Assembly (NCBI GenBank): GCA_002722595.1
Contig: PBMO01000003.1
Coordinates: 11,588 to 75,587 of the forward strand
Origin: Methanobacteriota archaeon
GTDB lineage: Archaea; Thermoplasmatota; Poseidoniia; Poseidoniales; Thalassarchaeaceae
Length of the DNA stretch: 64,000 nt
Direction: 5' to 3'
How positions within the stretch are numbered: position 1 is the stretch's first letter; each line of letters opens with the position of its first letter. Shown in pieces: positions 44,222 to 54,384 of the stretch. A program made the position numbers and the translations under genes. The notes beneath the pieces are model-generated. The model had not been told where the DNA came from and searched no databases. It worked only from the letters and a program-made list of their open reading frames with translations.

Positions 44222-45184
44222 TCACAAATCCCACGACTGTGTCAGGCCACCTGCTACAATTAGACGGATATATGAATTGCCTGTTTGAGTTACTGTTAGA
44301 GTATAATCTCCACTAGGATATGGGATAGTCCCCATATTCCCATTCTCTTTTGCATTCTGGCCCCATTGACGTCCTAGAACTGATGTAGATTGATGATCAC
44401 GCAGAGTTAGCGAACCACTACTTGGACCTCCGCCCATCTCTGCATCCAACCAGTAAATCATTTCATCATAAGGTCCCTGACTAGGATGGTCACTAACAAA
44501 GAAAGAATCTGTTATTTCTACATCGGGTGCGCCGGATTCGTGATTCCATACTTCTGAGAATATATCTCCAGCCCGTATGAACCATACTTGTCCTGAATGC
44601 TCGGAGCCTGTTCCTGAGAGGACCATTCGTAGTAATTGATTCCCTGTTGAATCATACCATGTCAATGAACCTATGAAACCAGACCAACCATCGTAGGTGT
44701 ATGACATCGTATGCCCATTTGTAGATGTGGCAGAAAATGTGGCTTTCCCATTACTCACGCCAATAATTTCAGTTGACCAGTCAATGCCGAATAGTGTGAA
44801 GGACCAGGATTTCCCAGAAACAAGTGGGAAATTCAAAACTGATTGTGGTTGCCCATTTTCATAGGCTGAAAGGTTGTCATGAGTTATCCTACCCAAGAAT
44901 GGATTATGATTGAGAACTGCGTGTCTACGAGCCTCTCTTTCGCTAGAAATCCCCAACATGTATGCTGTGTTCTCCTCTGCATCATCCTCAGCCACAACAA
45001 GTCTAGCAGAGTCATCTTCCCATTCAGGAGTTGAGAATGTGTAAAGCCACCATTGTCCAATCTCCCATTCGGCAGGTTCCGAGAGATCTGGAACATCTTG
45101 GCCTTGCTGAGTAGAATCACCGCTGTTAAGGCAACCGGCAAAACAGATGCTGAGCATCAGCAAAGCCATCAGAGGTGCACGCAT
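44222..45184 (-). CDS. Hypothetical secreted lipoprotein.
   Basis: MRAPLMALLMLSICFAGC carries a lipobox (FAGC), and the mature part is beta-rich. The listed ORF begins at TTG 45223. The ATG lies at 45184. Confidence 0.7.
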   Translation of the reverse strand: MRAPLMALLMLSICFAGCLNSGDSTQQGQDVPDLSEPAEWEIGQWWLYTFSTPEWEDDSARLVVAEDDAEENTAYMLGISSEREARRHAVLNHNPFLGRITHDNLSAYENGQPQSVLNFPLVSGKSWSFTLFGIDWSTEIIGVSNGKATFSATSTNGHTMSYTYDGWSGFIGSLTWYDSTGNQLLRMVLSGTGSEHSGQVWFIRAGDIFSEVWNHESGAPDVEITDSFFVSDHPSQGPYDEMIYWLDAEMGGGPSSGSLTLRDHQSTSVLGRQWGQNAKENGNMGTIPYPSGDYTLTVTQTGNSYIRLIVAGGLTQSWDL

Positions 45185-45219
45185 ATGGGCCCCTCGTAGT
45201 GATTCAAACTTGAAAGTTC

Positions 45220-47349
45220 TCAAAGTGAACCGAGTTTACCATTGACACTGAGCATACCAGCAATAACTACGCTCACAATGCTCATCAACTTGATCAGAAT
45301 ATTCAGTGATGGACCACTTGTATCCTTGAAAGGATCACCAATTGTATCTCCCACTACTGCGGCACCATGGGCTGAATCGCCCTTTTCAGCACCTTCAATC
45401 TCACCCTGCTCAATTGCTTTCTTTGCATTATCCCAAGCACCACCGGCATTTGCCATAAACAAAGCCATGAGTACGCCTGTTGCAGTTGCGCCGGCAAGCG
45501 TACCACCTAATGCTGCACTACCTAGAAGTATGCCAATAGCAACTGGTGCGCATACTGCGACTACTCCAGGCATTATCATTTCTCGTAGTGCTGCTTTGGT
45601 TGAAATATCTACACAGGTTGCACTGTCTGGTTCGACACCTTCGCGCCCTTCTAAAAGACCATCTATTTCTCGGAATTGGCGACGGATTTCGGTAATCATA
45701 TCTTCCGCTGCACGCCCGACTGATTTCATCGTCATTGCAGCAACTACGAATGGTAGTGCAGCACCAATGAATAGACCAATGACAACCATTGGTTCTGTTA
45801 GACTCAGATCTGCTGCCTCTAGGCCTGCACTGGTCTTGAAAGCCGCAAATAGTGCAAGAGCAGTCAATGCCGCACTACCAATTGCGAAACCCTTTCCGAT
45901 TGCAGCAGTTGTGTTCCCAATCGAATCTAGACCATCTGTGATATCCCGGACTTCCTTTCCAAGACCCGACATTTCTGCAATTCCACCAGCGTTATCTGCA
46001 ACGGGTCCATATGCATCAACTGTCATAGTGACTCCAACTGTACCTAGCATACCCATTGCAGCCATTGCAATTCCATAGAGGCCTGCGTCTCCACCACCCA
46101 TCACTTGATTGGCACCAAAGATACCCGCGGCCATTAGCAATACTGGGAGTAAAACAGACTGCATCCCTACTGCAAGTCCTGCAATTGCATTTGTTGCGCT
46201 ACCAGTTTTACTAGCTTCGCCAATATATGGAATTGCTTTGACTTTGATTCCGAATACGTCTTCAATACCTGTGTAATATTCGGTTACAAGACCAATTAGG
46301 ATACCAACGATTGAACCTATTGCGACGGCTTGAATCACTGTTGTATCAAGGCCGAGTTCTTGGAGAGCAAAATACCCACCTGCAATAAATAATCCAGCCC
46401 CAATGAATGTTGTATTACGTAATGCGGCTCCAGCATCCATATTCTTCATTGCTGAAATCGAGAATACACCAATTATTGAAGCAAGGTAACCAACGATTGC
46501 CAATACAATTGGTATCATTAGGTAATCATCACCCAAGGTATCAGTATTTGCTGCTGCAATAACCATAGCTGCAATTATGCTTCCAACAAATGATTCGAAT
46601 ATATCCGCACCCATTCCAGCAACATCACCAACATTGTCTCCTACATTGTCCGCAATAACTCCTGGGTTGCGTGGGTCGTCCTCAGGAATCCCCGCTTCGA
46701 CCTTGCCGACAAGATCAGCGCCGACATCCGCAGCCTTGGTGTATATCCCTCCACCCACACGTGCAAATAGTGCAATTGAAGATGCGCCCATTCCAAATCC
46801 AGCGATATTTGACACTGTCAAGAAATCTGTTTCAGTGAAATAGTACATCAATGATATACCTGCAAGACCCAATCCTCCAACTGCAAGACCCATGACAGCG
46901 CCCCCGTTGTAGGAAGTTTCGAGTGCCATTGCTTGGCCTCTCTTTTGGTGCTCCCCTTTGGGTTGAGAACCCTCGGATGGTAGAGCGAGGCCATCTGCGG
47001 CGGCCTGAGCAGTTCTACCATTTGCACTAGTTGCCGAACGCATGCCAGAATATCCAGCAGCAACACTACATAGCGCACCAATGATGAATGCAATCATTGT
47101 GTGCAAACCAAGACCATTATCCTCGCCACCAACGAACAAAACCGCTGCCACAGCGATGATAAACATGCTTAGCATTCTGTACTCAGCGTACAGGAATGCC
47201 ATTGCACCATCTTGAATTCGCTGAGTGATTTTAGCCACCGTTTCATCCTTTATTTCAATCGAGTCTACTTTTTTGTATAGAGTGAAGGCAATAATAAGTC
47301 CGAAAAGACCTGCCCCCATTCCAATCATTCCAATCTGTTCTCCGTCCAT
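45220..47349 (-). CDS. hppA: Membrane-bound ion-translocating pyrophosphatase (K+-dependent type; H+ or Na+ pump).
   Basis: It has [19 protein letters not shown] and [25 protein letters not shown] carries Ala rather than Lys in GNTT(A/K)A, which marks the K+-dependent clade. The ATG lies at 47349, with a GTG at 47355. Confidence 0.95.
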   Translation of the reverse strand: MDGEQIGMIGMGAGLFGLIIAFTLYKKVDSIEIKDETVAKITQRIQDGAMAFLYAEYRMLSMFIIAVAAVLFVGGEDNGLGLHTMIAFIIGALCSVAAGYSGMRSATSANGRTAQAAADGLALPSEGSQPKGEHQKRGQAMALETSYNGGAVMGLAVGGLGLAGISLMYYFTETDFLTVSNIAGFGMGASSIALFARVGGGIYTKAADVGADLVGKVEAGIPEDDPRNPGVIADNVGDNVGDVAGMGADIFESFVGSIIAAMVIAAANTDTLGDDYLMIPIVLAIVGYLASIIGVFSISAMKNMDAGAALRNTTFIGAGLFIAGGYFALQELGLDTTVIQAVAIGSIVGILIGLVTEYYTGIEDVFGIKVKAIPYIGEASKTGSATNAIAGLAVGMQSVLLPVLLMAAGIFGANQVMGGGDAGLYGIAMAAMGMLGTVGVTMTVDAYGPVADNAGGIAEMSGLGKEVRDITDGLDSIGNTTAAIGKGFAIGSAALTALALFAAFKTSAGLEAADLSLTEPMVVIGLFIGAALPFVVAAMTMKSVGRAAEDMITEIRRQFREIDGLLEGREGVEPDSATCVDISTKAALREMIMPGVVAVCAPVAIGILLGSAALGGTLAGATATGVLMALFMANAGGAWDNAKKAIEQGEIEGAEKGDSAHGAAVVGDTIGDPFKDTSGPSLNILIKLMSIVSVVIAGMLSVNGKLGSL

Positions 47350-47410
47350 GGACACACCTCTGGTTGGCCGCCCGACCGACGCCTCCCATATAATCTCAAG
47401 GGAAGCGAAT

Positions 47411-47428
47411 ATGGCCCTATAGGGCCAT
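47411..47428. promoter_or_regulatory. Perfect 18-bp palindrome atggccctatagggccat between the GATase 3' end and the hppA 5' end.
   Basis: Read directly, and the reverse complement is identical. It lies 56-79 nt upstream of the hppA start and 31 nt downstream of the preceding stop. Confidence 0.4.
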
Positions 47429-47458
47429 TAGAAAGGCTATGATTGGCCGCCGCCAAGG

Positions 47459-48280
47459 TCAATTTTTGCCGGGGGGCACTTGATTGGCAAATGCGGCTAG
47501 TAGAGCGTCACCATCGTGATCTCGTTGAAACGCGAGTAATTCCTCCTCATTGATATGTCCTAGCCGGAATGAGCGCTCTATCCTGGCTCGTGAGGCTTCG
47601 GGATGAAATTGAACTCCCCAAACCTGCTTTCCTTCTAGTCTGAAAGCAGCATACCCGCAATGACCAGCACTAGAAATATGCATGGCTCCACTAGGCAACT
47701 CTGTGACATGATCTTGATGGGTAAATAACCCGACTTGACAAACGCCCACAACTGGATCAGTAGAATGGTGGAGTAAATCGGAGACTATGTCTGTGTAATT
47801 CTCAGCTCGAGTGACATCGCCCCCTAGTGCTTTAGCAAGTAGTTGGTGGCCGAAACAAATTCCTAGGGTCGGGATATTTTCAACTACAGCCCACCTAAGT
47901 AGCTCAGCGCATCCATCCATCCAAGGTTCCCACATGGATACATTTCTTCGACTCCCTGAGCAAACTATAGCATCTGGTCGTAATTCTTGAAACGTATCTT
48001 TCGATGGCATCTTAATTCTCCGCAGATGGATTTTACCTGCATCAAATATCTCAGTATGCTCGGTCCAAAACGGATATTCATCATCCCATCGCGGGACATC
48101 ACTTTCTTTTAGAGGAAAGCAGCCTTCTGCACGAGAATCTTCAGCCTCCATTTGTGGTGTTAAAAGAAGGCATTCGACTACGTCAGAATTGTTCAAAAAT
48201 GGCCTAAGCACCTCAATATTTCCACCATGGCCAAATTCGGCTCTTTCGACCAGCAAATCGAATAGAACAATTCGGACCAT
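47459..48280 (-). CDS. Class I glutamine amidotransferase-like protein.
   Basis: It has GICFGHQLLAKALGG (nucleophile Cys) and VWGVQFHPE (His/Glu). The ATG at 48280 gives MVRIVLFD. The listed start at 48319 adds an unlikely extension. Confidence 0.8.
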   Translation of the reverse strand: MVRIVLFDLLVERAEFGHGGNIEVLRPFLNNSDVVECLLLTPQMEAEDSRAEGCFPLKESDVPRWDDEYPFWTEHTEIFDAGKIHLRRIKMPSKDTFQELRPDAIVCSGSRRNVSMWEPWMDGCAELLRWAVVENIPTLGICFGHQLLAKALGGDVTRAENYTDIVSDLLHHSTDPVVGVCQVGLFTHQDHVTELPSGAMHISSAGHCGYAAFRLEGKQVWGVQFHPEASRARIERSFRLGHINEEELLAFQRDHDGDALLAAFANQVPPGKN

Positions 48281-48333
48281 GTGGCATGGAAATAGGCGTG
48301 GGTTCAAATCCCTTCGCATATACCGCTATTGCC

Positions 48334-48618
48334 ATGGGTGAGGTTGATCGCCAACTAATTCTTGAGAATGTTGGGCCTGTACAAGCCGTTCTTGACGCAC
48401 ATGACGGGGTCGTGAATGTAATCGATACAACTGATGGAATAATCATGATTGGATTGGAGGGAGGATGTACTGGCTGTAGCAGTACACCAATGACTGCGAT
48501 GCAAATATACTACGCATTGATGAAGTTAGATGATGTGAATGATGTGGTCTTTGTCAATGGTGAATTACCAGAATATATGCGGTCATTCATTGATGATAAA
48601 CTCAAATCTGAGGAGTGA
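48334..48618 (+). CDS. NifU C-terminal-domain (Nfu-type) Fe-S cluster scaffold/carrier.
   Basis: HDGVVNVIDTTDGIIMIGLEGGCTGCSSTPMT matches DGGDV...v.l.GaCxGC. The start could be 48286 or 48334. The later one leaves room for the divergent promoter. Confidence 0.7.
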   Translation: MGEVDRQLILENVGPVQAVLDAHDGVVNVIDTTDGIIMIGLEGGCTGCSSTPMTAMQIYYALMKLDDVNDVVFVNGELPEYMRSFIDDKLKSEE

Positions 48619-49436
48619 AGTTCTTGCGAAGTACAGCGTATGCTGTAATCTTGTTACTCCTGCTTTCACCAGTGGTGAATGCGGAAGATAGTGATGGAGA
48701 CGGCTTTGCTGATCCAACATCTGAATACTCCGTATGGGATGGTGCGGATGCTTTTCCAAACAATCCCGATATTCACGAACCCGTCTTTTCAAGTGGTTGT
48801 GACCCTCCTGTCGCAACATTAGATTTAGATGAACCAATTACTTTCACATGCACGGTTGGGAATGAGGGACCAGTTGGCCTTCGAGTGATGATTGATGTCC
48901 AGGACGATATTCATCTATCGAATGAATTTGATGCAGAATATTTTGATATCCCTCCATCGCAATCACTTGAATTAAGTGTGACAATGATTGGCCTATCAGA
49001 AGGAATTGCAACTGCACATCTTCGAGTTTTTGCACGTTCTAATGCCTCGGCGAGTCACATGGTTGATCTGCCTATTGAGGTCACTGGAGAACAATGGACG
49101 AGTGTAAATACAGAAGGCAATTCAAATTCTCCACCTGATGTGTCTTTCATCGGTAAATCCCTTGACTTGATGGCGAATTGGTTAACAGAAAAAACTGGAT
49201 TTACCATCGAAAGGACGCATGCTGGTGGGCTGATTCTATTGGCAACTATTGCAATAGTTGGGGTGGTTCGAATAACTAGGGCAAGGCGTATCTGGGCACA
49301 GAATATGTTGCTCAAATCCAAAAGTGACCAATTGTCTGAAGCGCGATTTGATGAACTAAGAAAAGTTAAGCAGCATGAACATCATGTGGACGATACTATT
49401 CCAGATAGCCCAAATTTCGTCATTCGAAAGAGGTGA
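48615..49436 (+). CDS. Hypothetical secreted protein with a C-terminal TM anchor and a thrombospondin-type-3-like DxDxDG calcium motif.
   Basis: The GTG start overlaps the upstream stop (GTGA). The signal peptide is MKFLRSTAYAVILLLLLSPVVNA. It has DSDGDGFAD and the TM segment GGLILLATIAIVGVV, followed by a basic tail. Confidence 0.7.
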   Translation: MKFLRSTAYAVILLLLLSPVVNAEDSDGDGFADPTSEYSVWDGADAFPNNPDIHEPVFSSGCDPPVATLDLDEPITFTCTVGNEGPVGLRVMIDVQDDIHLSNEFDAEYFDIPPSQSLELSVTMIGLSEGIATAHLRVFARSNASASHMVDLPIEVTGEQWTSVNTEGNSNSPPDVSFIGKSLDLMANWLTEKTGFTIERTHAGGLILLATIAIVGVVRITRARRIWAQNMLLKSKSDQLSEARFDELRKVKQHEHHVDDTIPDSPNFVIRKR

Positions 49437-49438
49437 AA

Positions 49439-49762
49439 CTAATCACCATCTTGACTTTTTTTTCTTACTTGATGAGGATTCATACCTTGTGATATATTTC
49501 GGCCTTTGATATTCAATCTAGCCAATAATGCGAAAGCTATACACAAAACTGCTAGAGGTTTTGGAAGATACGTGGAACCCCAGATACTACCACCACTCAA
49601 ATCTAGATAAATCAGGGACGCAGTTGCACAAATCGCTAGAATTGTCATCGCCCACTGGGCTCTATTTTCAGATTCGTCAGTTCGAGAGAAACTGGCTATT
49701 AGAATCCACACCATGAGCATTGAACCACAAAGAATCTGACTCAACGTTTCTGCGATTGGCAT
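49439..49762 (-). CDS. Hypothetical small membrane protein (about 3 TM).
   Basis: It has hydrophobic segments. The listed ORF starts at TTG 49801. The first ATG is at 49762. Confidence 0.5.
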   Translation of the reverse strand: MPIAETLSQILCGSMLMVWILIASFSRTDESENRAQWAMTILAICATASLIYLDLSGGSIWGSTYLPKPLAVLCIAFALLARLNIKGRNISQGMNPHQVRKKSQDGD

Positions 49763-49833
49763 GTATTGCCGAGTAGGCGGGGGCTCTTCAGCCTGTGCCA
49801 AGAGTCAAGAACGTCCGATTACTCAAGGTCAGT

Positions 49834-51771
49834 ATGGTGAAGGTCGCAGGCTGGAGTCTACCGAGGCCACGACGTAGTGGACCACCATATTACTCAAAGT
49901 CAAATGTTGTTTCAGTAATCGAACAAATTGCGGTCTTACTTGAGCTGAAAGGTGCCAACCCATTTCGATTCAGATCATATCAGAATGCTGCAAGGACTCT
50001 TGGCAGTCTAGAGGAAGACCTCTGGGCCGTAACTAGTGAAGGGCGATTAACTGATATCAAGGGCATCGGAAAAGGCATGGCCAGCCTGATTACTGAAGCA
50101 ATGGAAATGGGAACATGGGGCGACATGGGTGAACTGTATACGAGTGTCCCGCCAGGACTAATTGAGATGCTCGCAATCCCCGGGCTTGGTCCAAAAAGAA
50201 TCAAACAATTCTATGACGAACTCGGTATCGAATCAGTTCAACAATTGAAGGTTGCAGCGGAAAATGGCGAGTTGCAGGATTTGGATAGGATGGGTGAGAA
50301 GTCTGAGCGCAAAGTTCTCGACGGCATAGAATTGCTAAGTAGATTCGCTGGGCGAAGGCGATTGGATGTTGGAATCCTATACGGCCAAGCCCTTGAAACA
50401 AGAGTTTCCGAAATGGAGGGTGTACAAAGGGCTCAATTGGCAGGTTCTGCTCGCCGTAGGAAGGAAACAATCGGAGATTTGGATATTGTTGCAGCTGTAG
50501 AACCCGAAGATGTGAAAGCTGTTTCCGAGCAGATTCTGGGCCTACAGGGGATAGCAGATGTGAAAGGTGCTGGCTCTTCCAAAATAAGCATAATATTGGA
50601 TACTGAATTTTTCTCAGAGGAAATCATTGACCAGGGCATGGATGGTGGAGTTTTGGAAGCCCTCGGAGGCGAAGCATATGAGAAAATGGCATCAAGCACA
50701 ACCATTGATGCACAAATCCGTTTGGTACCACCACATGTATTCGCATTTACATTGGCCTATTTTACTGGTTCAAAAGAACACAATGTGAGAATGCGGCAAC
50801 GGGCACTTGATCGAGGCTTACGCCTCAATGAGTTTGGTCTATTTCCTGTTGATAAAGTGGGAGATTTGAAAGGACTAGAAGCAGCTAAATTTTCTTTACC
50901 GGCCCAGGATGAAAATGACATTTATTCACATCTTGGTTTGCAATGGGTACCACCGGAATTGCGCGAAGATTCTGGAGAAATGGAACAAGCCGATAACGGA
51001 AAATTGCCAGAACTAATTATTCCATCAATGCTCAAAGGAGCATTCCACAACCACACCACTTCTTCAGATGGAACGGCCAGTTTACGGCAGATGGCCGAAG
51101 CAGCACAAGAAATGGGATGGGAGTATCTTGGTATTTCAGACCACAGCCAAATTCTTCAGGTAGCAAATGGGTTAAGTCCAGAACAACTTTTTGCACAATC
51201 GCAGGATGTGAAAGCACTGAATGAAGAGTGGGCTGATGCAGGTATTGATTTCAGATTATTCCATGGTAATGAATGTGATATCCTACCAGATGGAAGTTTA
51301 GATTTCACAAGCGAGGTACGGAGTGTACTTGACCACGTAGTAGGAAGTGTCCACCAAATTTCAACGTGGATGAAGCGTGATGAAAATGAAAATACTGAAA
51401 TTTTAATCCGCGCAATTGAAGATCCTACATTCACTATTCTAGGACACCCGACCGGTAGAATACTTGGTGGCCGCGATGGGTTCGAAGTCGATATGCACGC
51501 CGTGCTAAGAAGAATGGGTGAACTGAATGCCGAGGGGGCACTCAAAGTTGTCGAGATTAATGCCAGTCCTTACCGCTTAGATCTGGACTGGAGGTTCTGC
51601 AAATATGCAAAGGAACAAGGGGTTCCTGTTGCAATTAATCCAGATGCACATAGTACACAAGGACTGAAAGATGTATGGTATGGGACCCAAATTGCGAGGA
51701 AGGGTTGGCTCGAGAAAGACGATGTTTTGAATTGTCGAAGTGGGGAAGAAATAGAAAATTTACTTTGGTGA
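49834..51771 (+). CDS. polX: Family X DNA polymerase with a C-terminal PHP domain.
   Basis: It has LLELKGANPFRFRSYQNAAR (8-kDa domain), HhH GIGKGMA / GLGPKR, GSARRRKETIGDLDIV (catalytic Asp pair) and HNHTTSSDG (PHP motif I). The ATG is at 49834. The listed GTG at 49795 overlaps the divergent gene. Confidence 0.9.
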   Translation: MVKVAGWSLPRPRRSGPPYYSKSNVVSVIEQIAVLLELKGANPFRFRSYQNAARTLGSLEEDLWAVTSEGRLTDIKGIGKGMASLITEAMEMGTWGDMGELYTSVPPGLIEMLAIPGLGPKRIKQFYDELGIESVQQLKVAAENGELQDLDRMGEKSERKVLDGIELLSRFAGRRRLDVGILYGQALETRVSEMEGVQRAQLAGSARRRKETIGDLDIVAAVEPEDVKAVSEQILGLQGIADVKGAGSSKISIILDTEFFSEEIIDQGMDGGVLEALGGEAYEKMASSTTIDAQIRLVPPHVFAFTLAYFTGSKEHNVRMRQRALDRGLRLNEFGLFPVDKVGDLKGLEAAKFSLPAQDENDIYSHLGLQWVPPELREDSGEMEQADNGKLPELIIPSMLKGAFHNHTTSSDGTASLRQMAEAAQEMGWEYLGISDHSQILQVANGLSPEQLFAQSQDVKALNEEWADAGIDFRLFHGNECDILPDGSLDFTSEVRSVLDHVVGSVHQISTWMKRDENENTEILIRAIEDPTFTILGHPTGRILGGRDGFEVDMHAVLRRMGELNAEGALKVVEINASPYRLDLDWRFCKYAKEQGVPVAINPDAHSTQGLKDVWYGTQIARKGWLEKDDVLNCRSGEEIENLLW

Positions 51772-51775
51772 TTTT

Positions 51776-51979
51776 ATGCGCGCACTAGTTATAGCCATGG
51801 CTCTGAGAATATTCTTACTCTTCATAGCATCATTCTTGCTCTTGATTCTATGGTTTGGAACCGGCGCAGAACGCTCTCCAATCGGATTACTAATCGGGAT
51901 GACCATCGCAGGTCTTGCTGGTCTTTGGTGGTTTGAATTACAAATCCAGAAAGCACTCAAATTGGCAGCAGGTGAATGA
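51776..51979 (+). CDS. Small membrane protein (67 aa, 2 TM).
   Basis: The ATG lies 4 nt after the polX stop. It has two hydrophobic helices and sits tightly packed in the operon. Confidence 0.5.
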   Translation: MRALVIAMALRIFLLFIASFLLLILWFGTGAERSPIGLLIGMTIAGLAGLWWFELQIQKALKLAAGE

Positions 51980-51980
51980 C

Positions 51981-52184
51981 ATGGGATTGGGTAGAGCGTT
52001 ATTCTTTGGTTTTGTTGCAATGTTTCCAGGTGCAATACTTGCGCTATTTGGATGGCTCATAATTGGCAGCCCAGATACTTGGGAAAGTAGTCAATACCTG
52101 GTTTGTTATGGCCCCTTTTTCGGCTCTATATTTGTTGGTTTTTGGTTAGGGAATAAGAACCAAACCGATGTGGAGTTGGAATAA
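51981..52184 (+). CDS. Small membrane protein (67 aa, 2 TM).
   Basis: The ATG at 51981 lies 1 nt after the preceding stop. Its stop overlaps the nth ATG (TAATG). It has two hydrophobic helices. Confidence 0.5.
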   Translation: MGLGRALFFGFVAMFPGAILALFGWLIIGSPDTWESSQYLVCYGPFFGSIFVGFWLGNKNQTDVELE

Positions 52185-52828
52185 TGAAACGTGCTGAAAA
52201 AGCAGAAAAAATTGGACAAATTCTTGACCAATTGTATCCCACTACACCAATTCCTTTGGATCATTCGGATGCATATACACTGCTAGTTGCGGTAATGCTC
52301 TCTGCCCAAACCACAGACAAGAAAGTCAACCAAGTAACGCCATTCCTTTTTGAGCAAGCAAGTACGCCTGAAGAAATGGCTAACCTGGAAGTTGCACAAA
52401 TTCAGAACCTGATTCGAGAAATTGGACTCGCACCAACCAAGGCGAAGAATTTGAAAAAGATGGCACTGCAATTGATAGAAGGGGGAGGCGTAAAACCGGA
52501 TTGGGATTACTTGGAAAGTTTAGCTGGTGTAGGTCACAAAACGGCAAGTGTTGTAATGGCACAATGGTATGGGATCCCTGCTTTTCCTGTAGACACTCAC
52601 ATACATCGGCTTGCTGCAAGGTGGGGCTTGTCAAAAGCGCGTAATGTTGAGATGACGGAACGTGATTTGAAGTCATTGTGGCCAGAGGATACATGGAACA
52701 AAAGACATCTGCAGATTATATTCTTTGGACGTGAATACTGCCCTGCACGTAATCATGACCTTGAACAATGCTTAATCTGCTCGTGGGCTGCATCAAAGAA
52801 AAGAATCCATGAGGAGATGAGGGGCTAA
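52184..52828 (+). CDS. nth: Endonuclease III (HhH-GPD DNA glycosylase / AP lyase with a 4Fe-4S cluster).
   Basis: It has LLVAVMLSAQTTD, LAGVGHKTASVV (HhH), VDTHIHR and a C-terminal Cys cluster CPARNHDLEQCLIC. Confidence 0.9.
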   Translation: MKRAEKAEKIGQILDQLYPTTPIPLDHSDAYTLLVAVMLSAQTTDKKVNQVTPFLFEQASTPEEMANLEVAQIQNLIREIGLAPTKAKNLKKMALQLIEGGGVKPDWDYLESLAGVGHKTASVVMAQWYGIPAFPVDTHIHRLAARWGLSKARNVEMTERDLKSLWPEDTWNKRHLQIIFFGREYCPARNHDLEQCLICSWAASKKRIHEEMRG

Positions 52829-52829
52829 A

Positions 52830-53414
52830 ATGGATGTTTTCGTTGGCCGTATATCCTCATCTGGATTCGATAGTGGAGATCGAATTGTTATTGGTGACTG
52901 GACGAAATCTCCTATGGGGTCATTTACAAACATCATGTGGGCAAAACCAAATGGGGCAAGGGTACTTCTGAGCCCATCGGAAAAGCATGCTGAATATGTG
53001 TCTTCATTATATGAATTTGAAGAAGTACATGTGGTCCCAATCCAAGTAAAAAGAGGGAAGCGAACTATCCTTGTTGAAGCTGGTGACCTGATTGTTGAAA
53101 TGAAATGGAAAAGGGGTTTCTATTTGCCTATACGAAGACCATTGTGGTTTATTTCAACAGTAGAACAATCGTTTGCGAAATTGTTTTTCGGAACGAAGAC
53201 TCATGGCAAAACAAAGAATGGTCTGAAAGAATGGTATTGTATCCAAAGTTTAGCTAAAATCAGTTATTCTTCTGCAGAAAAGAGTGGCATGAATTTTGGA
53301 GACTCTGCACGCTTTGAAACAACAGCATGTTTTGGATTCAGTGAACCACCAAAACGGCCCTCTTCGGTACAAGTTCGTTCAATTATAGAGAACCCTGACC
53401 AACGGGGGGTTTGA
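52830..53414 (+). CDS. Hypothetical protein (194 aa).
   Basis: It sits between nth and bcp with gaps of 1 nt and 0 nt. I recognised no family. Confidence 0.65.
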   Translation: MDVFVGRISSSGFDSGDRIVIGDWTKSPMGSFTNIMWAKPNGARVLLSPSEKHAEYVSSLYEFEEVHVVPIQVKRGKRTILVEAGDLIVEMKWKRGFYLPIRRPLWFISTVEQSFAKLFFGTKTHGKTKNGLKEWYCIQSLAKISYSSAEKSGMNFGDSARFETTACFGFSEPPKRPSSVQVRSIIENPDQRGV

Positions 53415-53921
53415 ATGCAGGAGACCCCTCCTAGTGTCATGGACGAAACTGTCACACTGATTGTTGGAGATGAGGCGCCGCATTTTTCGGCAGAAGATGG
53501 AAGTGGGAAAATCTGGGATCTTAACTCACTTTTGAGCGATGGCAAACGCGTAGTCTTGTACTTCTATCCAAAAGATTCAACGCCAGGTTGCACAACACAG
53601 GCATGTGATTTCAGAGACAATATGGGCCAGCTAAATTCTGAAGACGTTGTGGTATTGGGTGTTTCGAAAGACAGCGCGAAATCCCATGAAAAATTTTCTT
53701 CAAAAAACGATTTGAATTTCCCTCTTCTTGTCGATACCGAGGGTGAAATATTAGAGAAATATGGAGTTTGGAGGGAGAAGAAGAATTACGGAAAAGTGTA
53801 CATGGGAATTGCTCGATCAACTTTTGTTATCGAATCTAATGGGACTCTTTCACTTGCGAAGTACGGTGTGAAAGCCAAAGGTCATGTTGGCCGAATCATG
53901 CTTCATCTCGGTTTGGAGTGA
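53415..53921 (+). CDS. bcp: Peroxiredoxin, Bcp type (thiol peroxidase).
   Basis: VVLYFYPKDSTPGCTTQACDFRD carries the peroxidatic and resolving Cys in PxxxTxxC...C. Confidence 0.9.
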   Translation: MQETPPSVMDETVTLIVGDEAPHFSAEDGSGKIWDLNSLLSDGKRVVLYFYPKDSTPGCTTQACDFRDNMGQLNSEDVVVLGVSKDSAKSHEKFSSKNDLNFPLLVDTEGEILEKYGVWREKKNYGKVYMGIARSTFVIESNGTLSLAKYGVKAKGHVGRIMLHLGLE

Positions 53922-53925
53922 TGAA

Positions 53926-54384
53926 ATGAAAAGCCAGCGAATGGAACTCTCCGGGGATTCTGTCGCTTGGGATCCATGCTATATCGGCGAAGGAGCGAAT
54001 ATAGGATTGCGGGTGAGCATCGGTTGCTTGGCCCATATAGGCAGAGATGTGACGATTGGAACAGGTACTAGGGTACAGGGTGGCGCATATGTTGCCGATA
54101 ATACTCAAATTGGGGAGAGATGTTTCATTGGCCCTAATGCCACCATACTCAATGATAGATACCCTCCCTCTGGTGATTCAACCAAATGGGAGAAGGTGAG
54201 TATTGAAGACGGTGCAGTGATTGGTGGAGGTGCAACGATTCTACCAGGTATCAACGTTGGTCAGAATGCAGTGGTTGCAGCAGGTGCAGTCCTCACAAAG
54301 GACATACCTGCTGATGAAGTGTGGGTTGGTAACCCTGCAAGGTACCATATGACACGAAATGCATACGAGGAGGCAAGAAAATGA
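53926..54384 (+). CDS. Left-handed beta-helix (hexapeptide-repeat) acyl/acetyltransferase.
   Basis: It has repeated [LIV]-G-x-x-x-x hexapeptides (IGEGANIGLRVSIGCLAHIGRDVTIGTGTRV...). The ATG at 53926 follows the bcp stop. Confidence 0.8.
   Translation: MKSQRMELSGDSVAWDPCYIGEGANIGLRVSIGCLAHIGRDVTIGTGTRVQGGAYVADNTQIGERCFIGPNATILNDRYPPSGDSTKWEKVSIEDGAVIGGGATILPGINVGQNAVVAAGAVLTKDIPADEVWVGNPARYHMTRNAYEEARK

Noticed and set aside
45242-46078. 278-aa plus-strand ORF antisense to hppA. Similar long antisense ORFs occur at 21269..21814 (in pelota), 8199..8522 (in rfcS), 12398..12709 and 12905..13198 (in the carboxyltransferase), 24446..24883 (in eda), 18327..18647 (in fhs) and 34147..34593 (in GH38).
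   Set aside because: Their Ala/Ser/Pro/Ile-rich translations are typical of the reverse frame of Gly/Ala/Val-rich genes. The sense-strand genes carry unambiguous family signatures along their whole length. There is no independent start context.
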